Assembly (NCBI GenBank): GCA_964016885.1
Contig: OZ024742.1
Location: 191,084,001-191,148,000, forward strand
Length of the DNA stretch: 64,000 nucleotides
Direction of reading: 5' to 3'
Source of the DNA: Eledone cirrhosa
Taxonomy: Eukaryota
The translations under genes were made by a program, and so were the position numbers. The notes beneath the pieces are model-generated. The model worked only from the letters and a program-made list of their open reading frames with translations, made no database searches and was not told the DNA's origin. Shown piece by piece: positions 14,922-27,976 of this stretch. Positions within the stretch are counted from its first letter, which is position 1. Each line of letters opens with the position of its first letter.

Positions 14922-15687
14922 AGGGGCTGTTGAAGAGTTCCTGGCTTTAAAGGCATCGTGAAAGGGTAGAACTGGTACTGTTACAGGAGATGTAGGACCG
15001 CTGCAATAAGTGTATGAATCTGAGAATGGGTATATGTTGATTAAAACAATAATTAACTAATCCTCCTGTATTTTTACCCAACGCCGGGAACTTTTCACCT
15101 CCTCTCCTCATCATATGAAATGACATGAACCTTGAGTGATAAAATCGACATTCAATACGAAATAGCTTAACCAATTGGCTTGGCATGCTTATTTGATAGT
15201 CAACACGGTATGTTATTGTAATTCAATAAATGATGCGATTATTTATGCATAATTATCGGAAAGACGAGTCCTGAAGTGCTATTCGTTATATTAAGGAAAC
15301 TGTTTGTAATTATATTATATAAAACTGCTTACTGAATAACGATTAATTGATCGATTGCTGAAAGATGTGCTGGTAGTTTAGTTGGTTCGATGGTTGTTAG
15401 GTTGGTTGATAGGTAGATATAAAGGGAGATATGTAGGTTGGTTGGTTACTAGGTAGGTAGGTTGTTTGGTTAGTATGTTTCTACGGAGACTCGGAGGTTC
15501 GTTGGTAGTTATGTGAGCTGAATGGTTGGTAGATAGATAGGTACATATGGAAACAAGTGGGAATTTAGAAGGTATGTGAGGTAGGTAGGTAAATATGTAG
15601 CTAATGATTCTATGTTGAAATATTAGTTAAATAGTCACATTTGTAAACTTTTAGTGCAATTATACAACCATACACTCTCTCTCTCCC

Positions 15688-15740
<53 letters not shown>

Positions 15741-16477
15741 GGAAAAGATGAAACGAAATTTCATTTCTCACACTTAGTACGGCTGTTACTTAAATAAAAG
15801 TATGTATACGTACATACATATATGTATACAGACGTACAGTAGTATGTATATATATATACATACATGTACACATATATATGTACGTATGGATTCACCGAAC
15901 ATTTATTATAATGCTCGGTGTGTTTGTAAACAAACATCCCGAATATATATATATAAGTATGTATACGTACATACATATATGTGTACAGACGTACAGTAGT
16001 ATGTATATATATATATACATACATGCACATATATATATAAATGTACGTATGGGTTTACCGAACATTCACTATAATGTTCGGTTAGTTTGCAAATAAACAG
16101 CCGGAATTACGTTAATATGCATGGAAGGTATATGCTTTCAAACGTTCAATCATCTGAGAGAAAGGTATACGGTGCTGACGATAGCTAATAAGCTTGAAAC
16201 TAGTACATCGTTCCTGTGTCAGTGTTGAACAAAAGGCCGACGATTGTTGCCGAGCACGTAATTCGGGCTGTTTGTCTGCAAACAAACCGAACATTATAGT
16301 GAATGTTCCGTAAACCCATACGTACATATATATATATATATATATATATATGTGCATGTATGTATATATATACATACTACTGTACGTCTGTATACATATA
16401 TGTATGTACGTATACATACTTATATTTAGGTTTCAGCCGTACTAAGAGTGAGAAATGAAATTTCGTTTCATTCTTTT

Positions 16478-16479
<2 letters not shown>
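15741..16479 (+). mobile_element. Fold-back non-autonomous element in (TA)n with a hammerhead ribozyme in the loop
   Basis: Inverted arms about 15741-16112 (with an internal tandem duplication) and 16256-16479; 143-nt unique loop. Confidence 0.82.
16170..16210 (+). ncRNA. Minimal type I hammerhead ribozyme
   Basis: CGGTG-CTGACGA-t-AGCT-aata-AGCT-t-GAAA-CTAG-TA-CATCG. Helix I CGGTG/CATCG, helix II AGCT/AGCT, palindromic helix III CTAG, predicted cut after GUA (16205). Confidence 0.82.
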
Positions 16480-16550
<71 letters not shown>

Positions 16551-16861
16551 TATTAATAAAATAGATGTTCTTTTGATCAATTACATTTTATTATACATAT
16601 TTCGGATGTACAACAGTACGTCCTCATCAGACAAAATATAATGATACATGACATACCCTGAGATGTTATATGGTTAAGATTTAATCAAGGTAGTGTATTT
16701 AGCCGTTGAGTGCTTCCAATCTTCTGTAAAACTCATTCTTTGACATAATCATCGAATATATTGTTTAACAACTTAATATATATATATATATATATATATA
16801 CAATTGTTAAACAATATTCGATGATTATGTCAAAGAATATATATATATATATATATATATA

Positions 16862-17148
16862 TAACGAAGGAAATGTGGTAAGGAATCAGATGGACTATAA
16901 CGCACCAAAGTACTCAATACTTAGGGTAGTAGAGTGGGTAATAGGAACGAGTAGGACCCCGACGGCTGAGCTCAACCCGTTTCGACGGCTAATTCTGGAT
17001 ATTCAGTCTTATATGCCCTACTTGATACATTATTATGTTTCATACTAAAACAAAAACCTGTGTTGTGGCCATTAACTTTACTATAAGTTATCTTAATGTA
17101 CAATAAATTCTCGAAACGTCTTGAGCTCAGCCGCCGGGGGTCCTACTC

Positions 17149-17152
<4 letters not shown>
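16862..17152. mobile_element. Fold-back element of the 13621 family enclosing a copy of 12931-13028
   Basis: 16862-16997 is the reverse complement of 13677-13814; 17010-17109 is about equal to 12931-13028; 17111-17152 is a forward arm. Confidence 0.75.
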
Positions 17153-17221
<69 letters not shown>

Positions 17222-17708
17222 CTATATATATATATATGATAATAAGGGCGCTGCGGAGTTGCAAATGGGTTACATATGAAAAAAGTTTGTCCTTCATCAG
17301 TGATCTTCCAACCATCATAGGCATTTCATCGATATATAAATATATATATATATATGTATGAATATATATATATATATATGTATGAATATATATATTTAAA
17401 TATATATATATATATATATATACAGTCAGAATGAGGGGGGTTATTGATATATAATTATTTGTGTAAATGTGTAGATGAATGTAGGCGTCTCAATCACAGT
17501 ATAATCAAATGTATATATGAAGTTAAAAATACATTACATGAGTCAGAGTATGTGTGTGACTTACCTCCGAAAAGGACGGATAATTTTGAAGCTTAAAAAT
17601 TATATCTACTCTAGAAATAGGAATCAATAATATTTTCAGAAATTCAATTATGTACTGCAGACGTTTGACGAAAACTTAGTAACTATTTAAGGTTTCTAAA
17701 ACGAATAT

Positions 17709-17836
<128 letters not shown>

Positions 17837-17938
17837 GAATATAGACATAGAATATTCGAAAATATTCTGTATGTTTATAATAAACATTTTGAAGACCTAA
17901 TCGCTATAGAATAGAATACGTCACGTATTACAATTAGA

Positions 17939-18025
17939 TTCTCGATAAAAGCAAGGGAAGTAATCTACGCGTTTCATTCTTGTTAGAAATCATCAGGACT
18001 ACATATCCAGTGCTTTTATCGAGAA
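17939..18025 (-). ncRNA. Type I hammerhead ribozyme; identical minus-strand copies at 18249, 18559, 18869, 19179, 19489 and 28467
   Basis: Reverse complement of the motif at 19744-19830. Confidence 0.85.
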
Positions 18026-19743
18026 TGACACAGCTAGAGACTTATAGAATACTTAGCTGTGTACAGGAACTGGTTTGAAAGAGCGGTTGCCGGTCCGGCA
18101 GAAATTAGAAATTGGAATAAATGCTCTGAAATAGCGATATATATGTGAATATAGACATAGAATATTCGAAAATATTCTGTATGTTTATAATAAACATTTT
18201 GAAGACCTAATCGCTATAGAATAGAATACGTCACGTATTACAATTAGATTCTCGATAAAAGCAAGGGAAGTAATCTACGCGTTTCATTCTTGTTAGAAAT
18301 CATCAGGACTACATATCCAGTGCTTTTATCGAGAATGACACAGCTAGAGACTTATAGAATACTTAGCTGTGTACAGGAACTGGTTTGAAAGAGCGGTTGC
18401 CGGTCCGGCAGAAATTAGAAATTGGAATAAATGCTCTGAAATAGCGATATATATGTGAATATAGACATAGAATATTCGAAAATATTCTGTATGTTTATAA
18501 TAAACATTTTGAAGACCTAATCGCTATAGAATAGAATACGTCACGTATTACAATTAGATTCTCGATAAAAGCAAGGGAAGTAATCTACGCGTTTCATTCT
18601 TGTTAGAAATCATCAGGACTACATATCCAGTGCTTTTATCGAGAATGACACAGCTAGAGACTTATAGAATACTTAGCTGTGTACAGGAACTGGTTTGAAA
18701 GAGCGGTTGCCGGTCCGGCAGAAATTAGAAATTGGAATAAATGCTCTGAAATAGCGATATATATGTGAATATAGACATAGAATATTCGAAAATATTCTGT
18801 ATGTTTATAATAAACATTTTGAAGACCTAATCGCTATAGAATAGAATACGTCACGTATTACAATTAGATTCTCGATAAAAGCAAGGGAAGTAATCTACGC
18901 GTTTCATTCTTGTTAGAAATCATCAGGACTACATATCCAGTGCTTTTATCGAGAATGACACAGCTAGAGACTTATAGAATACTTAGCTGTGTACAGGAAC
19001 TGGTTTGAAAGAGCGGTTGCCGGTCCGGCAGAAATTAGAAATTGGAATAAATGCTCTGAAATAGCGATATATATGTGAATATAGACATAGAATATTCGAA
19101 AATATTCTGTATGTTTATAATAAACATTTTGAAGACCTAATCGCTATAGAATAGAATACGTCACGTATTACAATTAGATTCTCGATAAAAGCAAGGGAAG
19201 TAATCTACGCGTTTCATTCTTGTTAGAAATCATCAGGACTACATATCCAGTGCTTTTATCGAGAATGACACAGCTAGAGACTTATAGAATACTTAGCTGT
19301 GTACAGGAACTGGTTTGAAAGAGCGGTTGCCGGTCCGGCAGAAATTAGAAATTGGAATAAATGCTCTGAAATAGCGATATATATGTGAATATAGACATAG
19401 AATATTCGAAAATATTCTGTATGTTTATAATAAACATTTTGAAGACCTAATCGCTATAGAATAGAATACGTCACGTATTACAATTAGATTCTCGATAAAA
19501 GCAAGGGAAGTAATCTACGCGTTTCATTCTTGTTAGAAATCATCAGGACTACATATCCAGTGCTTTTATCGAGAATGATTATAAACATACAGAATATTTT
19601 CGAATATTCTATGTCTATATTCACATATATATCGCTATTTCAGAGCATTTATTCCAATTTCTAATTTCTGCCGGACCGGCAACCGCTCTTTCAAACCAGT
19701 TCCTGTACACAGCTAAGTATTCTATAAGTCTCTAGCTGTGTCA

Positions 19744-19830
19744 TTCTCGATAAAAGCACTGGATATGTAGTCCTGATGATTTCTAACAAGAATGAAACGC
19801 GTAGATTACTTCCCTTGCTTTTATCGAGAA
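19744..19830 (+). ncRNA. Type I hammerhead ribozyme; plus-strand copies also at 20054, 28922, 29232 (2-nt insertion), 29544, 29854
   Basis: TTCTCGATAAAAGCA-ctggatat-GTAGTC-CTGATGA-t-TTCT-aaca-AGAA-t-GAAA-CGCG-TA-GATTAC-ttccct-TGCTTTTATCGAGAA. Full catalytic core, 6-bp helix I plus a 15-bp extension beyond an internal loop, palindromic CGCG helix III, predicted cut after 19803. Confidence 0.87.
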
Positions 19831-20507
19831 TCTAATTGTAATACGTGACGTATTCTATTCTATAGCGATTAGGTCTTCAAAATGTTTATTATAAACATAC
19901 AGAATATTTTCGAATATTCTATGTCTATATTCACATATATATCGCTATTTCAGAGCATTTATTCCAATTTCTAATTTCTGCCGGACCGGCAACCGCTCTT
20001 TCAAACCAGTTCCTGTACACAGCTAAGTATTCTATAAGTCTCTAGCTGTGTCATTCTCGATAAAAGCACTGGATATGTAGTCCTGATGATTTCTAACAAG
20101 AATGAAACGCGTAGATTACTTCCCTTGCTTTTATCGAGAATCTAATTGTAATACGTGACGTATTCTATTCTATAGCGATTAGGTCTTCAAAATGTTTATT
20201 ATAAACATACAGAATATTTTCGAATATTCTATGTCTATATTCACATATATATCGCTATTTCAGAGCATTTATTCCAATTTCTATATATATATATGTTTAT
20301 ATATGAATCTGTGTGGCGTGCGAGCGCGCGTGCGTGTGTGTTTGTGTGCCTGTGTGCCTGAGTCATGCTAGGACATACTGTTTATTTTCTTGGCACCAAT
20401 TAGTCGCTGAGAGTTATTAGAAAGTCTCATGGTTTCTATAAAATCGGATATACATATATATGTTCAGAAATACATACACTTAATAACAGACATATATATA
20501 TATATAT

Positions 20508-22282
20508 CACCCGAGAACAGCTCGACTCCTTTCTCTCCTTCTTCTGCTCCTTCCACCCCTCCCTCCACTTCATCACCTCTATCTCCACCTCTCACGTCCA
20601 CTTCTTAGACGTCTCCGTCGCCTTCGACACCTCCCACCACTCCTACGTCACCTTCACCTTCTTCAAACCCACTCTCCCCCCGGCCTGAACTCCCCACCCC
20701 TATTCTTTTAGCCTTCGACCGCCCAGTTCCCCCCTCCACATATCCCCCACTAACACACTCCTACTTTTCAGCGCCCACCGCACAACTAAAAATACTAACA
20801 CCCCCACCCCACCACAGACCACCCTCCCCCAACTAACAATACTAACATCCTTCCCCTCTCGCCCCCCTATCACGCACACACCCACCGGTACATATATACA
20901 CGCACTCACACTAACCGTACACCCTACTACCACCACTAACCCTCACCCACACATCCACTCCCACCACCCCACAACTAATACCACTAACATCCCCCCGACC
21001 CCACGCACACGAACACCCACACCCACCCACACCCACTTACACCACCCACTCTACACACCCTACCACCACTGACCCCCACTAACACACCCGCATTCAACCC
21101 TTTCCCCACCACCAGTATACTAACACTCACTAACACCCTCTTCACCACACACACACTCATCCAAACACGCACACACACACCAGTACACTACACTCCCTCC
21201 ATCGACCGACACACCTTTCTCTCCCTCACCCCGCTCACACACACACACATCCCACTAACACCTCTACTAATACACATCCCTCCTCCACACGACCCCCTCC
21301 CCACTTCACCTTTCACACCTACCCATCCTCTCCCCTGTCCACCGCACCTCCGCACACACTGACACACCGACTTTCTCCACCTGCCATTCTTCCCTACTGC
21401 TGCTATGCCCTGACCCTCTGACCACATCTCCGCACACACAGACACACAGCCCTCTCCACCTGTCCTTCTCCTCTACCCTCCTCCTGCCTTGATCCTCTGA
21501 CCACTTCCTGCTGCGCGCGAACCCCCACATCTCCCCCATTCCGACCAACCCAACCACGGATTACACACATTGGACATCGCTCCCACGACTCAACTCCATC
21601 ACAAGGAAAATATCCGGCAACCCACCACACCCTCTACGGAACTACCTTAGGAACTTACCCACGGACATACACTCACAAAAATGTGTTTCCCCACACGCCA
21701 CCTACATCCACAATACGTATAAACACCACAGACACGTGCGCACCCCCACATATTTACACACTCAGCCTCCGAAATCCTCTCCCCCTCCCCCTCCCCTCTG
21801 ACCCCTCCCCATCCACACACGCTCACACACACCGACCCCACACACACCTTTTCCTGAACATGGAACCTCGTTTTTCCCCAACTCTCACATTCACATACAC
21901 ACACACACACACACGTACACCTACACACATACCCCACCTTCAGCCCTCCCCGCTCGGACACACCACCTCCCTCTCCCCACTCCACCCGCCACCACCCTAC
22001 ACGCCCCACAACGTTCCAGCACTTGTTTATATTCATGTTTAATTTTTTATTTTTATTATTTTTTTATATTTATTTTCATTTGTACCGCTTCCAACGTTTC
22101 CTCTCACCCCATTTTTTCTAAATGTCTCTCTCCCACTACCCTACGAACCCTTGGAACTCTCTTCCCACACATTTTTCGCCTGAAAAAGGGATTATGCCCG
22201 AAACATCGTTCCCCACCTCATGAGCGTGAAACTAATGAATCTTTGTTCGTACTGCCTCTCTGTTTTGTTCCCGTTCCATTTT

Positions 22283-22286
<4 letters not shown>
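20508..22286 (+). mobile_element. 5'-truncated, heavily decayed Penelope-like retroelement between TA tracts
   Basis: 20512-20673 translates REQLDSFLSFFCSFHPSLHFITSISTSHVHFLDVSVAFDTSHHSYVTFTFFKPT (PLE RT C-terminal motifs HPSL.F, FLDV, KPT). SLPRLNSITRK near 21575-21610; degenerate HHR core CTGAAAA-GGG...GCCC-GAAA at about 22180-22203. Confidence 0.7.
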
Positions 22287-22338
<52 letters not shown>

Positions 22339-22361
22339 AATGAAAAATTATATATATATAT

Positions 22362-22980
22362 ACTATCAGTAGAGCCCGGCGTTGCTCGGGGCTGCTCAGT
22401 AGCTGTGTTAAAGTTACAATGTTGAGTTCCTTTCTTGGCTTAAAAACTGTAGATTCTGCAGTGTAGACTTTCATGTGTTACTTTTGATTAATATTCCCTC
22501 AACCAACAGTATAGCATTATGAAGTTAAGAAAACATAACCATAAGTCGAATGTTAGAACAAAAGAGGATGCTGGGGATAAAAACTGTACTGGTAATCTAT
22601 TAACAAAAATCGAAAATGTAAACACTACAACACTTGTCTCAGAAAAAAAGATCAGCGTAACCAAACTATCAGTTATTTTGAAACAAAGATATTGGATGGA
22701 CATGAAAAACAAAAACACAGAAATGCAATTTCATCGCATATCACCTCTCTGCACGACTGTCTGTCTGCACAACTTTATCTCCTATATCACTTCTCTGCAC
22801 GACTGTCTGTCTGCATGCCTCCATCGTCTATCAGCCTGACTGTCCGCACAACTCTACGCCTATATCACCTCTCTGCACGACTTTCTGTCTGCACAACTTT
22901 ATCGCCTATAGCATAGTAGCTGTGTTAAAGTTATAATGTTAAGTTCCTTTCACATTCATCTGTAGAACAAAGGTAGCCCA
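22362..22980 (-). mobile_element. Possible non-autonomous Helitron-like element
   Basis: Minus strand ends in GC hairpin CCCGAGCAACGCCGGG, 8 nt, then GATAG|T (CTAG-like). Internal 37-bp direct repeats (22398, 22915) and a ~46-bp minisatellite (22735-22910). 5' end not identified. Confidence 0.4.
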
Positions 22981-23092
22981 TGTGTATAATGGTCTAACTG
23001 GTTTCTACGACCTCCAATCTGATATATATATATATATATATCAGATTGGAGGTCGTAGAAACCAGTTAGACCATTATATATATATATATATA

Positions 23093-25916
23093 TTTGTTGT
23101 TATCTTGTCTCACTCGCTTTACGCGTTTTAATTGTCCTAATAACTTAATTTAGTTATTATTGCACCGACGTGAGGTATATGATTTTTAATGCAATGAAAT
23201 ATCTATGATCGTCGGCAAATCACTGATGAGGGACTTATTTTATTACATGTTATCCATGTGCAACCTGCAGTATTCTTCTCCCCATTTTCTCACATATATT
23301 TACCTAAACTGCGATTCTGTTTTTTTCTCTCTCTCTCTCTCTCTCTCTCTTACTGCTCCCTCGTTCTCATGTTTCTCCTACTTTCTTTCGCCACCTCTGT
23401 CATGTCAGTTAACTCTTCCTCACACTTCCACTCACTCACTCACTGTTTCTCCTCTTCTCACTTCACCCCGTTCGCGACGAAAACATTTTCTCTCTTTCTC
23501 ACATTTGAATTCGTTCCCGAAAGGTCTTTTTTCTAAGCGCTCATATATTCACCTAGCTTATGCTAACAGAATAACTATGAAGCGTATTCCCTTCCTTCTA
23601 CGGTTAGCTCTCCTCTTTGTTGTTATCTTGTCTCACTCGCTTTACGCGTTTTAATTGTCCTAATAACTTAATTTAGTTATTATTGCACCGACGTGAGGTA
23701 TATGATTTTTAATGCAATGAAATATCTATGATGGTCGGCAAATCACTGATGAGGGACTTATTTTATTACATGTTATCAATGTGCAACCTGCAGTATTCTT
23801 CTCCCCATTTTCTCACATATATTTACCTAAACTGCGATTCTGTTTTTTTTTCTCTCTCTCTCTTACTGCTCCCTCGCTCTCTCTGTTTCTCCTACTTTCT
23901 TTCGCCCCCTCTGTCATGTCAGTTAACTCTTCCTCACACTTCCACTCACTCACTCACTGTTTGTCCTCTTCTCACTTCACCCCGTTCGCGACGAAAACAT
24001 TTTCTCTCTTTCTCACATTTAAATTCGTTCCCGAAGGTCTTTTTTCTAAGCGCTCATATATTCACCTAGCTTATGCTAACAGAATAACTATGAAGCTTGT
24101 TCCTTTCCTTCTACGGTTAGCTGTCCTCTTTGTTGTTATCTTGTCTCACTCGCTTTACGCGTTTTAATTGTCATAATAACTTAATTTAGTTATTATTGCA
24201 CCGACGTGAGGTATATGATTTTTAATGCAATTAAATATCTATGATCGTCGGCAAATCACTGATGAGGGACTTATTTTATTACATGTTATCCATGTGCAAC
24301 CTGCAGTATTCTTCTCCCCATTTTCTCACATATATTTACCTAAACTGCGATTCTGTTTTTTTTTCTCTCTCTCTCTCTCTTACTGCTCCCTCGTTCTCAT
24401 GTTTCTCCTACTTTCTTTCGCCCCCTCTGTCATGTCAGTTAACTCTTCCTCACACTTCCACTCACTTACTCACTGTTTCTCCTCTTCTCACTTTACCCCG
24501 TTCGCGACGAAAACATTTTCTCTCTTTCTCACATTTGAATTCGTTCCCGAAAGGTCTTTTTTCTAAGCGCTCATATATTCACCTAGCTTATGCTAACAGA
24601 ATAACTATGAAGCTTTTTCCCTTCCTTCTACGGTTAGCTCTCCTCTTTGTTGTTATCTTGTCTCACTCGCTTTACGCGTTTTAATTGTCCTAATAACTTA
24701 ATTTAGTTATTATTGCACCGACGTGAGGTATATGATTTTTAATGCAATTAAATATCTATGATCGTCGGCAAATCACTGATGAGGGACTTATTTTATTACA
24801 TGTTATCCATGTGCAACCTGCAGTATTCTTCTCCCCATTTTTCACATATATTTACCTAAACTGCGATTCTGTTTTTTTCTCTCTCTCTCTCTCCCTCTTA
24901 CTGCTCCCTCGTTCTCTCTATTTCTCCTACTTTCTTTCGCCCTCTCTGTCATGTCAGTTAACTCTTCCTCACACTTCCACTCACTCACTCACTGTTTCTC
25001 CTCTTCTCACTTCCCCTCGTTCGCGACGGAAACATTTTCTCTCTTTCTCACATTTGAATTCGTTCCCGAAAGGTCTTTTTTCTAAGCGCTCATATATTCA
25101 CCTAGCTTATGCTAACAGAATAACTATGAAGCTTGTTCCCTTCCTTCTACGGTTAGCTCTCCTCTTTGTTGTTATCTTGTCTCACTCGCTTTACGCGTTT
25201 TAATTGTCCTAATAACTTAATTTAGTTATTATTGCACCGACGTGAGGTATATGATTTTTAATGCAATGAAATATCTATGATCGTCAGCAAATCACTGATG
25301 AGGGACTTATTTTATTACATGTTATCCATGTGCAACCTGCAGTATTCTTCTCCCCATTTTCTCACATATATTTACCTAAACTGCGATTCTGTTTTTTTCT
25401 CTCTCTCTCTCTCTCTCTCTCTTACTGCTCCCTCGCTCTCTCTGTTTCTCCTACTTTTTTTCGCCCCCTCTGTCATGTCAGGTAACTCTTCCTCACACTT
25501 CCACTCACTCACTCACTGTTTCTCCTCTTCTCACTTCACCCCGTTCGCGACGAAAACATTTTCTCTCTTTCTCACATTTGAATTCGTTCCCGAAAGGTCT
25601 TTTTTCTAAGCGCTCATATATTCACCTAGCTTATGCTAACAGAATGACTATGAAGCTTGTTCCTTTCCTTCTACGGTTAGCTGTCCTCTTTGTTGTTATC
25701 TTGTCTCACTCGCTTTACGCGTTTTAATTGTCATAATAACTTAATTTAGTTATTATTGCACCGACGTGAGGTATATGATTTTTAATGCAATTAAATATCT
25801 ATGATCGTCGGCAAATCACTGATGAGGGACTTATTTTATTACATGTTATCCATGTGCAACCTGCAGTATTCTTCTCCCCATTTTTCACATATATTTACCT
25901 AAACTGCGATTCTGTT

Positions 25917-25954
<38 letters not shown>

Positions 25955-27976
25955 TGCTCCCTCGTTCTCTCTGTTTCTCCTACTTTCTTTCGCCCCCTCT
26001 GGCATGTCAGTTAACTCTTCCTCACACTTCCACTCACTCACTCACTGTTTCTCCTCTTCTCACTTCACCTCGTTCGCGACGAAAACATTTTCTCTCTTTC
26101 TCACATTTGAATTCGTTCCCGAAAGGTCTTTTTTCTAAGCGCTCATATATTCACCTAGCTTATGCTAACAGAATAACTATGAAGCTTGTTCCCTTCCTTC
26201 TACGGTTAGCTCTCCTCTTTGTTGTTATCTTGTCTCACTCGCTTTACGCGTTTTAATTGTCCTAATAACTTAATTTAGTTATTATTGCACCGACGTGAGG
26301 TATATGATTTTTAATGCAATTAAATATCTATGATCGTCGGCAAATCACTGATGAGGGACTTATTTTATTACATGTTATCCATGTGCAACCTGCAGTATTC
26401 TTCTCCCCATTTTTCACATATATTTACCTAAACTGCGATTCTGTTTTTTTCTCTCTCTCTCTCTCTCTCTTACTGCTCCCTCGCTCTCTCTGTTTCTCCT
26501 ACTTTTTTTCGCCCCCTCTGTCATGTCAGGTAACTCTTCCTCACACTTCCACTCACTCACTCACTGTTTCTCCTCTTCTCACTTCACCCCGTTCGCGACG
26601 AAAACATTTTCTCTCTTTCTCACATTTGAATTCGTTCCCGAAAGGTCTTTTTTCTAAGCGCTCATATATTCACCTAGCTTATGCTAACAGAATAACTATG
26701 AAGCTTGTTCCTTTCCTTCTACGGTTAGCTGTCCTCTTTGTTGTTATCTTGTCTCACTCGCTTTACGCGTTTTAATTGTCATAATAACTTAATTTAGTTA
26801 TTATTGCACCGACGTGAGGTATATGATTTTTAATGCAATTAAATATCTATGATCGTCGGCAAATCACTGATGAGGGACTTATTTTATTACATGTTATCCA
26901 TGTGCAACCTGCAGTATTCTTCTCCCCATTTTTCACATATATTTACCTAAACTGCGATTCTGTTTTTTTCTCTCTCTCTCTCTCTCTCTCTTACTGCTCC
27001 CTCGTTCTCTCTGTTTCTCCTACTTTCTTTCGCCCCCTCTGGCATGTCAGTTAACTCTTCCTCACACTTCCACTCACTCACTCACTGTTTCTCCTCTTCT
27101 CACTTCACCTCGTTCGCGACGAAAACATTTTCTCTCTTTCTCACATTTGAATTCGTTCCCGAAAGGTCTTTTTTCTAAGCGCTCATATATTCACCTTGCT
27201 TATGCTAACAGAATAACTATGAAGCTTGTTCCCTTCCTTCTACGGTTAGCTCTCCTCTTTGTTGTTATCTTGTCTCACTCGCTTTACGCGTTTTAATTGT
27301 TCTAATAACTTAATTTAGTTATTATTGCACCGACGTGAGGTATATGATTTTTAATGCAATGAACTATCTATGATCGTCGGCAAATCACTGATGAGGGACT
27401 TATTTTATTACATGTTATCCATGTGCAACCTGCAGTATTCTTCTCCCCATTTTTTCACATATATTTACCTAAACTGCGATTCTGTTTTTGTCTCTCTCTC
27501 TCTCTTACTGCTCCCTCGTTCTCTCTGTTTCTCCTACTTTCTTTCGCCCCCTCTGTCATGTCAGTTAACTCTTCCTCACACTTCCACTCACTCACTCACT
27601 GTTTCTCTTCTTCTCACTTCACCCCGTTCGCGACGAAAACATTTTCTCTCTTTCTCACATTTGAATTCGTTCCCGAAAGGTCTTTTTTCTAAGCGCTCAT
27701 ATATTCACCTAGCTTATGCTAACAGAATAACTATGAAGCTTGTTCCCTTCCTTCTACGGTTAGCTCTCCTCTTTGTTGTTATCTTGTCTCACTCGCTTTA
27801 CGCGTTTTAATTGTCCTAATAACTTTATTTAGTTATTATTGCACCGACGTGAGGTATATGATTTTTAATGCAATGAACTATCTATGATCGTCGGCAAATC
27901 ACTGATGAGGGACTTATTTTATTACATGTTATCCATGTGCAACCTGCAGTATTCTTCTCCCCATTTTTTCACATAT
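23093..27976 (+). repeat. About 520-bp tandem array, about 9.4 units, flanked by (TA)n
   Basis: TTTGTTGTTATCTTGTCTCAC starts at 23093, 23616, 24129, 24646, 25165, 25689, 26218, 26737, 27258, 27772. Variable internal (CT)n; related fragment at about 17245-17335 (-). Confidence 0.95.

Noticed and set aside
14918-14950. Mariner-like TIR (TACAAGGGGCTGTTGAAGAGTTCCTGGCTT)
   Set aside because: No partner TIR or transposase found; at most an isolated fragment.
23222-23527. Long-range type I HHR using CTGATGA-GGGA...TCCC-GAAA-GGTC
   Set aside because: Helix II would enclose about 280 nt, and helices I and III cannot be formed convincingly.
23205-27810. Repeated 110-150 aa ORFs in the 520-bp array
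   Set aside because: Frames change with (CT)n length between units; no domain; low complexity.
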